Positions 19,451 to 29,630 of a stretch of 64,000 nucleotides of DNA are shown in pieces. This DNA is from Candidatus Woesearchaeota archaeon (lineage in GTDB: Archaea > Nanobdellota > Nanobdellia > Woesearchaeales > JACPIF01). The notes beneath the pieces were generated by a model. It saw only the letters and a list, made by a program, of their open reading frames with translations. It was not told where the DNA came from and did not search any database. Every line of letters starts with the position of its first letter. Position 1 is the first letter of the stretch. The DNA lies in NCBI GenBank assembly GCA_016188215.1, contig JACPIF010000011.1:172159-236158 (forward strand), written 5' to 3'. The position numbers were made by a program, and so were the translations under genes.

Positions 19451-20203
19451 CTATTTCCACACAGCAAGCATCTCTTCTTCCATGAAGTGTAATCTTCCAG
19501 GCACAATCAGGCAGTGCACCGGTTTTCCAAAATCAGCCTTCAGCAGTTCTTTAGCAACGCCATACTTAATCAGTTGAGAAGGATAACCTAAGCGTGCAAC
19601 ACCCACACAACGAGTTTTCTCAGTAAACACCTTCTCGTTCCGCTTCATCTCTGTTTTCAGCAGATACCTTATAGCATCCGCAACAGTCATAAACCGCTCA
19701 GGCGGCTGCAGGTCAAGTAAAAACAGTGTATGCAGGCCAAGCTTCTGGTTCTGCGCCAGGATATCATATGGCGTCTCAACATCATCATTCTGCAGCGGAA
19801 TGCTCGCAACCTTCCCGAACTTGTACACCTGCAGCCCGGTAATCCCTATTGCAGAAACAATGGAAGCATTATGCACAACCTCAACCTTTATGCCAAGCTT
19901 CCTCGCCCTCAAGAATAAGTCTGCATGCGTAGTCGCAACAAAAGGATCTCCCATCACAAGCAGCACCGTCTTCCTGCTTATTGCATCCTTAAGTATAGTC
20001 TCCTCAGCCCGCTGCTCAACAGTCTCCCTGCCAGCTAGTATTATCTCCTTTCCAAAGAAATTCTCAAGCCTTTCTTTAGTAGCATCAATTACAGAAGTAT
20101 AATTCTCCAGGTACACAACATCTGCATGCTTAACTATATCCAGCCCTTTTACAGAGATGTCTTTCTCATCATGCAAACCCAAACCGATAAAGAAGAGCAC
20201 CAT
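19451..20203 (-). CDS. dph5: Diphthine synthase
   Basis: IGLGL..DISVKG, GDPFVATTH, GLQVYKFG and GLHTLFLLD motifs. Confidence 0.95.
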   Translation of the reverse strand: MVLFFIGLGLHDEKDISVKGLDIVKHADVVYLENYTSVIDATKERLENFFGKEIILAGRETVEQRAEETILKDAISRKTVLLVMGDPFVATTHADLFLRARKLGIKVEVVHNASIVSAIGITGLQVYKFGKVASIPLQNDDVETPYDILAQNQKLGLHTLFLLDLQPPERFMTVADAIRYLLKTEMKRNEKVFTEKTRCVGVARLGYPSQLIKYGVAKELLKADFGKPVHCLIVPGRLHFMEEEMLAVWK

Positions 20204-20204
20204 T

Positions 20205-20669
20205 TTACCCTCTTTCTGTCAATGCATTGATTATTTCCCCGTATCCGATTGGGTCTGGAACTGGAACTTTTATAAGAGGCTCAGGCGTGTCAAAATTTAC
20301 TTTAAGTTCTCTGCACCATACAGCCATCCAGTTCTTCACGCAGACGCCTGATTCAAGCCCGCCTGCAGCTAGACGTATCTCGCTAGGATGTTTTCCAAGC
20401 TTCCAAGCCATAAAATAAGCTTCAAGCTGGTGATTGCCTTGGTATAGGCTTTCGTGGCTTCCTGGAATTTTAAGCCATCTCTCATAAAGCTCACTAGGAA
20501 TATATCCATGTTTATTGTCCCGATGGGGGAATACAAATACAATGCCTGTTGAACGCATAGCATCTGTGGCAAGTGCAAGATTTTGTACATATGATTTATG
20601 AGGAATAACCATATCAGGGTGCACCAATACTAATCCGTGGAATCCGGCTAAGGTTTCAATTAAACTCAT
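20205..20669 (-). CDS. Hypothetical protein
   Basis: 154-aa ORF abutting dph5, TATA upstream. Confidence 0.6.
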   Translation of the reverse strand: MSLIETLAGFHGLVLVHPDMVIPHKSYVQNLALATDAMRSTGIVFVFPHRDNKHGYIPSELYERWLKIPGSHESLYQGNHQLEAYFMAWKLGKHPSEIRLAAGGLESGVCVKNWMAVWCRELKVNFDTPEPLIKVPVPDPIGYGEIINALTERG

Positions 20670-20761
20670 GCAAAAGTAAAATTTCTGGCCATATTTAAAC
20701 CTTTATGCAATAAGCCAATAAGCCGAAAACTTTATCAATGATTCAAAAGCCACTTGCAAAA

Positions 20762-21127
20762 ATGGACGAGCCTGAAATAAATGAAGCATACTCGGGAAGC
20801 ATGCGCAATGGGGTGGTATTCACGACATTTTACATTGGATCCGACCCCATCAAAGGAAAAGTAATAGGTAGGGTATGGAGCAACAAAAACTTAGATCCGC
20901 CTTTTGACTGGCAACCGTATGAACGAGGCTTTTTAGGGTTGCCTATGGGATTGGGCTTGCATTCATACCAATCAAATGGTATTGTTTCAGTAACAGATTT
21001 TTCAGGCAGGCCTCTAGACGTTCCCGCAGGTCATATAAGCTTGATTGATCTGGTTCGTGAAGAATTGAAAGCAAGAATCAGGCTTGCATTGCAAAAGAAT
21101 CCCAACTTTTTAGAAAAGTTGCCATAA
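20762..21127 (+). CDS. Hypothetical protein
   Basis: ORF; start at 20738 or 20762. Confidence 0.6.
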   Translation: MDEPEINEAYSGSMRNGVVFTTFYIGSDPIKGKVIGRVWSNKNLDPPFDWQPYERGFLGLPMGLGLHSYQSNGIVSVTDFSGRPLDVPAGHISLIDLVREELKARIRLALQKNPNFLEKLP

Positions 21128-21128
21128 A

Positions 21129-21362
21129 ATGAGCCTTGACAATCTGGAGTTTCTAAAGGAAACAGTAATCTTTGGGCTTAAAGTTTCTTGCCCTATCTAT
21201 GGAGCATTTGTGCTTCGCAATAAATTAGAAGATACAATCCTCAATGATTGGGATTATTCGCCAGCCAAGGCTGCAGCAATAGCAACCGTAGGGGCAGGTG
21301 CCTTTGAACTGGCAAAATTGGGCATGGTAACTGTCGCAATCATATACCGCATGTATTATTGA
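21129..21362 (+). CDS. Small hypothetical membrane protein
   Basis: 77-aa ORF adjacent to the previous gene. Confidence 0.55.
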   Translation: MSLDNLEFLKETVIFGLKVSCPIYGAFVLRNKLEDTILNDWDYSPAKAAAIATVGAGAFELAKLGMVTVAIIYRMYY

Positions 21363-21402
21363 AAAAAAAGAAAAAAAATCTTCGCTCCCCATTGCTGGAG
21401 AG
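21362..21402 (-). terminator. Hairpin plus long U-tract downstream of ftsZ
   Basis: Minus strand CTCTCCA-GCAA-TGGGGAG followed by T8-C-T8. Confidence 0.75.
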
Positions 21403-21500
21403 GAAGAAAGATATTTGCCTTCAGTTGCTTATTTGTTGGGGGTGGTAAGTTAATGAAGGCAAAGAACTACCTCACCACACAAAGACCAAAGGGGTGACAA

Positions 21501-22571
21501 TCAGTGGATCACCTCTATCCCTAGCTCATCATCCATCTGTACTCTTCTGGATGCTGCAGCCCTGCTGTCATGCTTGCCCAGGATCCATGGGCTCTTCACT
21601 CCTGTGATAATTGTCATTACTGTCAGCTTTCCTTTCATGGTTTCTGAAACCCTTGCTCCCCAGATGACGTTTGCATCCTCATCCAGGCTCTCAGTCACCA
21701 GCTCTCCTACTTTATTGATCTCATCAAGTGTCATGTCCGGCCCGCCTTCCACATGGATAAGCGCTCCGGTCGCGCCTTTATAGCTTATGTCAAGCAGCGG
21801 ATTGCTCAAAGCTCCCTTAACAGCCTCATCTACCCTGTTATTTGTATCCGAAGCCCCTACGCCAATGACTGCTACCCCTCCATTTGTCATTATAGCCTTG
21901 ACATCAGCATAGTCCAGGTTGACTAGCGAAGGAACCGCTATAGTCTCCACAATGCCCCTAATCATTGTTGCAATCAGCTCATTAGCCACCGCAAATGCTT
22001 GTTGAATAGGCAAATTGCCCGCAATCTGAACCAGTCTATTGTTATCAATCACTATTACAGTATCAGAAACCTTCCTGAGCTGCTGCAATCCAAATTCTGC
22101 CTTGTCAATCCTTGCCCTTTCAATCTTAAATGGCATGGTTACTGTTCCTATTACTATAGCACCTGCATCCTTGGCAATCTGCGCAACAACAGGGCATGCT
22201 CCTGTTCCGGTGCCGCCTCCCATGCCGCCGCAGACAAATACCATATCTGCTCCCCGTAAAGATTCTTTCAGTTCCTGCAGAGCCTCTTTAGCAGCCTCAG
22301 CTCCCTTTTCCGGGAACCCGCCGCAGCCCAGTCCTCTGGTAACATCCTTTCCAATCAGGAACTTTCGATCAGCCTCAGAAATGTCAATATGCTGCTTATC
22401 AGTGTTGCATGCTATAATCTCAGCACCCCGTATCCCTTTCCTATAGAGCCAGCTTACCATATTATTGCCGGCCCCGCCAACACCAATAACCTTTATGTTT
22501 GCCTGTCCAACAGAAATCTCATTTTGAGGTGCGTTTTTTAGCGCCTCACCCACAAACAGCTCCATAGCCAT
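21501..22571 (-). CDS. ftsZ: Cell division protein FtsZ (FtsZ2-like)
   Basis: GVGGAGNN, GMGGGTGTG and NLDYADV motifs; 'PFKIERAR' resembles archaeal FtsZ2. Confidence 0.97.
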   Translation of the reverse strand: MAMELFVGEALKNAPQNEISVGQANIKVIGVGGAGNNMVSWLYRKGIRGAEIIACNTDKQHIDISEADRKFLIGKDVTRGLGCGGFPEKGAEAAKEALQELKESLRGADMVFVCGGMGGGTGTGACPVVAQIAKDAGAIVIGTVTMPFKIERARIDKAEFGLQQLRKVSDTVIVIDNNRLVQIAGNLPIQQAFAVANELIATMIRGIVETIAVPSLVNLDYADVKAIMTNGGVAVIGVGASDTNNRVDEAVKGALSNPLLDISYKGATGALIHVEGGPDMTLDEINKVGELVTESLDEDANVIWGARVSETMKGKLTVMTIITGVKSPWILGKHDSRAAASRRVQMDDELGIEVIH

Positions 22572-23003
22572 ATCGTTCAACCCCTTGTTTAAAGTCCCGG
22601 ACTCCTTTACTCCGGCACCTCAGTTTTTTGTCTTTGTAATACCCCAATGTGGTATTAATATTATAGTTTCCATTACAACAATCTTTTTATAATGGAAAGT
22701 CCATCAACTCCCTTAGAAAACAGTTTAATTGCTTACGCCAATAAGTAATTAAGACTTACACAACACACATTTCAAACAAAGCAACCGTAATCAGTCCGTT
22801 TTCGCCAAAAAACGCCTGATCCATTGAGTTTTTCGCCAAAAAAGCTCAATAAAGGTTTTCTTTATATTCATCTTTATAAGCAAATGACTATTTAAATGTT
22901 TCTATCAGCTTGCAGGGAATTCTCAAAGTTTATCGTCGACAAATCTGCTTTAAAACCAAGAATCACGGATTTGTATACTGGTAGAATTTAGAGCCTCTTT
23001 AGC

Positions 23004-23699
23004 CTATTTCTTATCCCTTTTTGCAATCTTATCATGCAGGTTTCCTATGAACTCTTTAGTCTTCTCTATGTACTTCCCCACTTTAAGGCTTGGGTAACCC
23101 ATAGTGATGGCAATGTCCTTAATCTGCTGTCCCATCTTCCAGCGTTCTATCATTGTTACCTGCTCCAGCTTATACTTGGTAGGCACCGGCGGCTCTTCAT
23201 CAGCATAGCCAAGGGTAATGATAGCCTGCGGCCTAGCTTGCTCCGGCATCATCACTGCTCTTTTCACGCCATCCTCATCAAACGCACCCACCCAGCATGC
23301 GCCTAACCCAAGATAATGGGCTGCCAGCAGCATATTCTGGCAGGCAGCCGCGCAATCCTGTATTGCATACAGCCGTTCCCCTCTAACTCCATAAAACCTG
23401 CGATGCTTCTCAAACTGGGAAACGACAATTATATGAACCTTTGCAGAGCCCATCCAGTATTGCTGCAGTGCAGCCTCAGCCAACATCCTTATTTTAGCAG
23501 GATCTGTTATTACCACAAACTTCCATGCCTGTATATTTCCAGCTGATGGCGCAGCCCTTCCCGCCTCAAGAATCTTTCCTACCTTGTCCCATTCAACAGG
23601 GATATCCCTATACTTCCTGATAGAACGTCTGGTATAGATGACCTCGAGCGTATCCATCTCGCTGGGATCTTTTGTAAGATGTTGAACTGCCTCTGCCAC
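23004..23699 (-). CDS. Nitroreductase-family protein
   Basis: RRSIRKY, APSAGNIQAW and GLGACWVG motifs. Confidence 0.9.
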   Translation of the reverse strand: MAEAVQHLTKDPSEMDTLEVIYTRRSIRKYRDIPVEWDKVGKILEAGRAAPSAGNIQAWKFVVITDPAKIRMLAEAALQQYWMGSAKVHIIVVSQFEKHRRFYGVRGERLYAIQDCAAACQNMLLAAHYLGLGACWVGAFDEDGVKRAVMMPEQARPQAIITLGYADEEPPVPTKYKLEQVTMIERWKMGQQIKDIAITMGYPSLKVGKYIEKTKEFIGNLHDKIAKRDKK

Positions 23700-23787
23700 G
23701 CTTCATTCCTGGCTATACTAGTATTTATAGTTAACGAGGTCTTTGGGTGCAGTTAACTTTTTATAAAAAGCTCTTTTCTATCTAGGC

Positions 23788-25545
23788 ATGGACTACAAAA
23801 AGCTGGTAGATGTCTATGAAGCGCTGGGCAGCACCACAAAGCGCCTTAAGAAAACAGCAATCATAGCAGAGCTCCTGAAGCAGACTAATGCTGACATCCA
23901 GAAACTTATGCTCTTGCTGCAGGGCAGAGTATTCCCTACATGGGATCAAAGGGAATTGGGAGTTGCAGACCGCCTGCTCATAAAGGCGATTGCAGCATCT
24001 TCAGGGGCGACCTCAGATAAGGTAGAGAGGGAATTCGCCAAGACTGGTGATTTGGGCTTGGCTGCTGAATCGCTGTTAAGGAATCGCAGGCAATCTACCT
24101 TGACTTCCCGCTCCTTAACCATAACAAAGGTCTTTGACAATATAAGGAAGGTTGCAGAATTCCAGGGCAAGGGAACCGTAGAGCGCAAGCTCCAGCTCAT
24201 TTCAGAGCTTCTTACCACAGCAACAGCGAAAGAAGCTAAGTACATCGTTAGGACCATAAGCGGCAACCTAAGGGTAGGCATCGGCTCCGGCTCAATACGG
24301 GATGCCATAGTCTGGGCATTCTTCGGTAAAGAGCTTGAGCTAAAATATGATGATAAGGATGAGGCAATTAAAGTCAGGGACAGGGCTGATTTTGGAAAGT
24401 ATCTGGATGCAGTCCAATCTGCATACGATTTAACAAATGATTTCTCAGTTGTGGCAGAAGCTGCTCAAACAAAAGGCCTTAAAGGTTTGTCTACCATCTC
24501 CTTGAAAGTAGGCATTCCCATCAAAGTCATGCTCGCCCAGAAAGCTAAGGATGTAGAGGACGGCTTCAGGCAGGTAGGGAAGCCGGCAGCCATAGAATAC
24601 AAGTATGACGGCTTCAGGATCCAGCTCCATAAGTCAAAAGGCACAATCTCATTGTTCACGCGGCGCCTGGAAAATGTTACAAAGCAGTTTCCTGATGTTG
24701 TCAAGTACGCTAAAGAGTACATCAAGGGCAATGAATATATCCTGGATTCAGAAGCTGTCGGCTATTCTCCAAAAACCAGGAAATACCTCCCGTTCCAGAT
24801 GGTATCCCAGCGCATCAAGCGGAAGTATGACATTAGCAAGCTTGAGCAGGAGCTGCCTGTTGAAGTCAACATTTTTGATGTTATTTATTATGAAGGCAAG
24901 AACTACATAAGCACTCCTTTCAGGGAGCGCCGGAAGCTCGTTGAAAAGATAGTAAAATCAGTCCCCCTTAAAATAAAGCCATGTGAGCATATTGAAAGCA
25001 GTAATGAGGAAGAAGCCAAGAAGTTTCTTGCGAAAGCCCTGGATTCTGGAAACGAGGGAGTGATGCTCAAGGCTTTGGATGCGCCTTACAAGCCAGGCTC
25101 CAGGGTCGGCTACATGCTCAAGCTCAAGCCTTCATTTGATACCCTTGACCTGGTTGTCATAGGTGCAGACTGGGGTGAAGGCAAGCGGGCAAAATACCTG
25201 AGCTCGTTCTATATCGCCTGTGTAGATGAAGACGGCAATTTCAAGGAAATAGGCAAAGTAGCCTCTGGCATCAAAGAGCTGGAAGACTCAGCAGAAGGTG
25301 CCACGATGCAGCAGATGACCTCATTATTGAAGCCATTGTTCACAAGCGAAAAAGGGAAGACAATTACCGTCAAGCCTAAGGTAGTAATAGAGGTTGAATA
25401 TGGAGAAATCCAGAAATCTCCGACATATAGCAGCGGCTATGCGCTTAGGTTTCCAAGAATTAAGACAGTAAGGGAAGACAGAAAAGCTGACGACGCAACA
25501 ACTCTAAATGAAATTGAGAAGCTGTATAAGGAGCAGAATAAGTAG
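23788..25545 (+). CDS. lig: ATP-dependent DNA ligase
   Basis: EYKYDGFR, EGVMLK and ALRFPRI motifs. Confidence 0.97.
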   Translation: MDYKKLVDVYEALGSTTKRLKKTAIIAELLKQTNADIQKLMLLLQGRVFPTWDQRELGVADRLLIKAIAASSGATSDKVEREFAKTGDLGLAAESLLRNRRQSTLTSRSLTITKVFDNIRKVAEFQGKGTVERKLQLISELLTTATAKEAKYIVRTISGNLRVGIGSGSIRDAIVWAFFGKELELKYDDKDEAIKVRDRADFGKYLDAVQSAYDLTNDFSVVAEAAQTKGLKGLSTISLKVGIPIKVMLAQKAKDVEDGFRQVGKPAAIEYKYDGFRIQLHKSKGTISLFTRRLENVTKQFPDVVKYAKEYIKGNEYILDSEAVGYSPKTRKYLPFQMVSQRIKRKYDISKLEQELPVEVNIFDVIYYEGKNYISTPFRERRKLVEKIVKSVPLKIKPCEHIESSNEEEAKKFLAKALDSGNEGVMLKALDAPYKPGSRVGYMLKLKPSFDTLDLVVIGADWGEGKRAKYLSSFYIACVDEDGNFKEIGKVASGIKELEDSAEGATMQQMTSLLKPLFTSEKGKTITVKPKVVIEVEYGEIQKSPTYSSGYALRFPRIKTVREDRKADDATTLNEIEKLYKEQNK

Positions 25546-25567
25546 TTAGGTGCAAAAAGACAATCTC

Positions 25568-25993
25568 TTAAGGGTCTTGTAAAAGAAGGTCGAGATTATT
25601 ACTCATAACCTGTTGTTCAGCAATTGATATTGGTCCGGATTGGCTTTTCTCAGAATAATAGCGCTCGATAAATCTCAAATAATATTCTCTAAGGCGATTG
25701 CCTATGTTCTCAAGGTTTTCAGATACAACTCCAACACAAATTTCATCTGTTTCCATCGTCCTCTGCCGCTTAAGATGTCTGACTAAGTCCTTTTCAGTCA
25801 TATTTTTATATAAGATGAAAAAAAGTACTGGCTCATGGCGCTCGCCGCCTATGCCTTGTATCGGTCTAAACATGGAAGCAAAGGTTTTTAAGGCCTCAAA
25901 ATCTGGCGATACTTTAATAGCAGCATATGTTTGCCCAATTCTACCGTAGATAAAAACTTCTCCAGTAGGTTCCTTAGGTATATCATCAATCAT
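25568..25993 (-). CDS. Hypothetical protein
   Basis: 141-aa ORF, TATA upstream. Confidence 0.6.
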   Translation of the reverse strand: MIDDIPKEPTGEVFIYGRIGQTYAAIKVSPDFEALKTFASMFRPIQGIGGERHEPVLFFILYKNMTEKDLVRHLKRQRTMETDEICVGVVSENLENIGNRLREYYLRFIERYYSEKSQSGPISIAEQQVMSNNLDLLLQDP

Positions 25994-26047
25994 ATAGAAT
26001 CCTCTCTTGGCATGTATTTAAAAAATTTGTGCCAAATAACCGAAAAA

Positions 26048-26119
26048 CGCCCCTGCGAAGAATCGAACTCCGATCTCAAGGTCCGCAACCTTGCGTACTG
26101 TCCATTATACGACAGGGGC
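26048..26119 (-). tRNA. tRNA-Arg(GCG), intronless
   Basis: GCCCCTG..CAAGG-TTGCGGA-CCTTG..GTTCGATT..CAGGGGC-G cloverleaf. Confidence 0.93.
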
Positions 26120-26162
26120 TTGAAGTATAATGGAAAATAAGAACTTCGTATATAAAGATTGC

Positions 26163-26807
26163 CTACCAAAATGGATGGTTGCGCCCCTGCGCCAGTTGTA
26201 CAAACGCGGACACTCCGGCTCCATTATGGTATGCTACTAAGGAATCAAGTTTCTTGGCCTTAGTCCTAATCTCACTAGGAACTGGTTGGGTGGCATAGAC
26301 GGCGCAAGGTATCCCTTTGTCAGAAATTCTTTGCAGGAAGCTGACAACACCCTGTGTTGGAAGCAAGTCTCCCCGTCTATAGCCGTTGTGCTCGTATCCG
26401 TGGTGATTGACATCAGTATCAATCGCGACCACGCTTGGCAGTGGGAGCCTTTCCAGTATAATTAAGGCGTCTCGTAAACCAGTCACCCCCAAAACTATAG
26501 ATTTGCATCTTCTTTCTGACTCTGGATCTTTCCTGTAAATCTTAAGGTCATCGCCGCATAACAGTGTAGTGTGCGCATCCGGCTTGCTAATCCGTTCAAC
26601 ATTATACCTCTCTCTAATAATTGGAACATTTATATTGCCTTGTAGAATAGTCTCTATCAATGGCTCAAAAGGCACCGAACTGCCCGGTTCTAGAAAAGAG
26701 GTATAAAAATGGCTGGAAACCCACACAATTCTGCGTTCGGCCTCAGTCATAATTGCAGGAAGTTTATGTGTACTCTGGAACTCCGGGTTTCTGCGGATAG
26801 TCGTCAA
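26163..26807 (-). CDS. Hypothetical protein
   Basis: 214-aa ORF with TTG start, TATA upstream. Confidence 0.55.
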   Translation of the reverse strand: MTTIRRNPEFQSTHKLPAIMTEAERRIVWVSSHFYTSFLEPGSSVPFEPLIETILQGNINVPIIRERYNVERISKPDAHTTLLCGDDLKIYRKDPESERRCKSIVLGVTGLRDALIILERLPLPSVVAIDTDVNHHGYEHNGYRRGDLLPTQGVVSFLQRISDKGIPCAVYATQPVPSEIRTKAKKLDSLVAYHNGAGVSAFVQLAQGRNHPFW

Positions 26808-26847
26808 TACTACGTAATTTTACCCTTATATATTTAAATTTTTTTTA

Positions 26848-27429
26848 CTAAAGGTGCTTGGTGCATCCTATCAAATGGACTTTATGCCTGCTGTCTTCAC
26901 TAGTTTCAATTATATTTACTGAAGCATTACTTTGATTCAGAGTTAGGCTTTCTTTTACTGTCTTATTTAAAAGGTATCCCAATAATTGCCTGTTGAATGA
27001 CCCATGTGAGACGATTAATACAGACTTCCCATAATAACTCTTTCTTAGAGAATCCCATGCTTTTATAGCTCTTTTCCTAAGATCTACTAGGCTCTCTCCT
27101 CTTTTGGGCCTATAATTAACTCGTTGAGCAACGTAATCAGGCAATAAATTCCATGATTTTCCATGTAATATGCCGTAGTTTCGTTCCCTGATTATCTTTG
27201 TATAGATAACAGGTATTTTTTTATGTTGTTTTAAAATTATTTTAGTGGTATCAACAGCCCTTTTAAGGTCACTGGAGATAATTACTTCAAATTTTTCATG
27301 AGCAAGCCTTTGGGCAAGCTTTTTTGCTTGCAATACCCCCTCTTTTGTTAGGTCTCCCGGTAAATGCCCTTGAATAATTCTAGACTTATTCTCATTAGTC
27401 TCCCCATGCCTCACCAGTATCAATCTCAC
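26848..27429 (-). CDS. Histidine phosphatase (phosphoglycerate mutase-like family)
   Basis: LVRHGET, SSDLKRA and VSHG motifs. Confidence 0.9.
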   Translation of the reverse strand: MRLILVRHGETNENKSRIIQGHLPGDLTKEGVLQAKKLAQRLAHEKFEVIISSDLKRAVDTTKIILKQHKKIPVIYTKIIRERNYGILHGKSWNLLPDYVAQRVNYRPKRGESLVDLRKRAIKAWDSLRKSYYGKSVLIVSHGSFNRQLLGYLLNKTVKESLTLNQSNASVNIIETSEDSRHKVHLIGCTKHL

Positions 27430-27437
27430 CTTCTCAC

Positions 27438-29054
27438 CTATTCATCCCCGAACTCATCAAAATCTGCAATATTGATCTGCCCTTTCCTCTTGCCCTCAGG
27501 TATTCTCTCAACCTCAGTCCCGACCTGCTTCCGCACGCTCTCTGCAACTTTCCTGCCAAGCAGCGCATTCAGCGTAGCAATGTCCGCCTTCCGTATGTCT
27601 CCCAAATCCCTGATCTTATTATTATACATGACGCGCGCCCTGACTCTTCCAATCCCCTCAAGCCTTATGAGCGGCAGCAGCTCTTCTTTAACGCCATGCT
27701 GCATCCTGAGCCGCAATTTGGCAGTTTCCCTTACCATCTCCTTGAACTGAAGTATCTTTGCCAGCTCTTCAGTGCAGAACAGCAGCCAGTCTGCAATCTG
27801 CAATTTGCTCCTTGTCTCTCCTGGCCTGACTGTAAACTCCTCTAGCAGGAATTCCTCATCTTTCTCGTCAATCCAGCTCTCAAAGAACAGGGCAGTCTTG
27901 AACGATTTGATATAGTCATCATAATCAGGGTCATAGAGGCTCGGCTCCTTCTCCAGTAAAAAGTGCTCATTCCTCATGAGCTCCTGCTCAATCTTCTCGC
28001 GCTCTTTGACCCGCACGGTAAGCAGCGGATACATCTCAAGGGTGTTGGACAGCAGCTGCAGCAGCCCAATGCTCCGCAGTTTCCTTCCTGAAGCGTTCCG
28101 CAGCCCTTCAATGATATGATAGGCACTCACAGGGTCAAGGTACAGCTCAGAAACCCTCTTTCCGAGGAATGTTGCAGCATAGCTTTCCTGGGTATTGCTG
28201 ATCTCATTTGCAGAGACAAACTCATCCTTCAACCCCTTCAGCTTCTGCATGCCAGCCTGCTCTTCCCCTCCTGACACCTTGATGAATTCATACTCTTCCA
28301 GCAGTTCCAGCATCTTAGTGATTATAATCTCAAGGTGCTCAAGGTCTTTGAACTGGTGGCTCCAGAATGTCTTGCTGAAGAAATCCATGATCTGCTGCTT
28401 GTCCTTCACTAGTTTAGTGGCAATCAACGACAATAGGTATGTCCGCAGCACAGGCTCAACCGCCAATTTAGAATAGATGTGCTCCGGCTTCCCGTTGACA
28501 TACTTTTCAAAGATGAAATCCTTCTCTGCCTCAGAGCCTGCAATGGTGATCGCCTGCCCTTCAGTGTCATAGCTTGGCCTCCCTGCCCTGCCTGCCATTT
28601 GGTGGTAATCCATGACAGGGATCCAGTTCAGTCCGCGGCTGCCATACCGCTTCAGGTCTTTTATGATTGAACGGTATGCCGGAAGATCTAAGCCATAAGC
28701 CAAAGTAGGAGTCGAGCATACAATCCTGATGACTCCGTTCTTAAAATGCTCTTCAATTATCTCCCTCTGCTTGCTGTGCAATCCTGCATGGTGGAACGCT
28801 ATTCCTTTTTTCAGGCAGAATGCCAGTTTTTCACACTGCTTTGTAGGCTTGGCAAGCGCCCGCAGCGCCCGCAGCGCAAGCTCTTCAAGCTCCTCCGCAG
28901 GCTTCATTTTTTTGGCAATATCTTCTGCAGCCTTCTCAGCAGACCTTTTAGTGCCGGCAAAGACCAGCGCCTGCTTGTTACGCTTCAGGGTATCAAGAAC
29001 TATATTGAGCACTGCGCTGTCTGTCTTCTGCTCAATGTCAATGGATTTTGCCAC
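27438..29054 (-). CDS. hel308: Ski2-like helicase Hel308, C-terminal part only (no RecA domain 1)
   Basis: AFHHAGL, STPTLAYGLDLP, QMAGRAGRP and GIGRVRAR motifs present; no Walker A or DExH. Confidence 0.88.
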   Translation of the reverse strand: MAKSIDIEQKTDSAVLNIVLDTLKRNKQALVFAGTKRSAEKAAEDIAKKMKPAEELEELALRALRALAKPTKQCEKLAFCLKKGIAFHHAGLHSKQREIIEEHFKNGVIRIVCSTPTLAYGLDLPAYRSIIKDLKRYGSRGLNWIPVMDYHQMAGRAGRPSYDTEGQAITIAGSEAEKDFIFEKYVNGKPEHIYSKLAVEPVLRTYLLSLIATKLVKDKQQIMDFFSKTFWSHQFKDLEHLEIIITKMLELLEEYEFIKVSGGEEQAGMQKLKGLKDEFVSANEISNTQESYAATFLGKRVSELYLDPVSAYHIIEGLRNASGRKLRSIGLLQLLSNTLEMYPLLTVRVKEREKIEQELMRNEHFLLEKEPSLYDPDYDDYIKSFKTALFFESWIDEKDEEFLLEEFTVRPGETRSKLQIADWLLFCTEELAKILQFKEMVRETAKLRLRMQHGVKEELLPLIRLEGIGRVRARVMYNNKIRDLGDIRKADIATLNALLGRKVAESVRKQVGTEVERIPEGKRKGQINIADFDEFGDE

Positions 29055-29090
29055 CAGCAGAAATAACTGACGCTTATTTATAAAAGTTGC

Positions 29091-29630
29091 TTACTGTATC
29101 TTTAGAGAAGTAATTATTTTCTGGATCGTCGGCTTGTGGGTTGCATAATCGTCTGTTCCAGCAGCATATGTGATGACATACACATTGTTTTCCTTAATGG
29201 TCCATACCTGCATGAAGGCAACAGTCTCCGCATCCGTTGTTGACGTGTACTCCAGCTTTTTGCCTGGATTGCCTGCTACAGTTGCATCGCTGTAGCCGGC
29301 AAGCTTGTAGCCCTGAATCATCTGCCCCACTGAATCAAGCGCTAATGCAGAATATTCTTCAAGGGTATAAGGCTCGGTAAGCTGCTGGACAACCACGTTC
29401 ACATTCTCTATAAACACATCTGTTCCTGTCTCTTGTCTGGCAAATACGACAATTGCCGGAGCTATACCCTCCTCAACCTTTATCCAATCTGAAGGGTACT
29501 GTAGCTCAATGCCATATTGTGCATTAAAGTATTTAAGTGAATTCTTGTCTGCTTGCGCAGGCTCCTGGGCGCACCCAATAAGTACAAGAAGAATAGCCAA
29601 TGGCACGATATATTTGAGGTTCATGTGCAT
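29091..29630 (-). CDS. PsbP/DcrB-like lipoprotein
   Basis: LIGC lipobox-like signal; LQYPSDW, ENVNVV and YVITY pattern. Confidence 0.75.
   Translation of the reverse strand: MHMNLKYIVPLAILLVLIGCAQEPAQADKNSLKYFNAQYGIELQYPSDWIKVEEGIAPAIVVFARQETGTDVFIENVNVVVQQLTEPYTLEEYSALALDSVGQMIQGYKLAGYSDATVAGNPGKKLEYTSTTDAETVAFMQVWTIKENNVYVITYAAGTDDYATHKPTIQKIITSLKIQ

Noticed and set aside
22620-22710. cdrS-like gene or uORFs before ftsZ
   Set aside because: Only 5-aa and 17-aa ORFs with no ribbon-helix-helix pattern.
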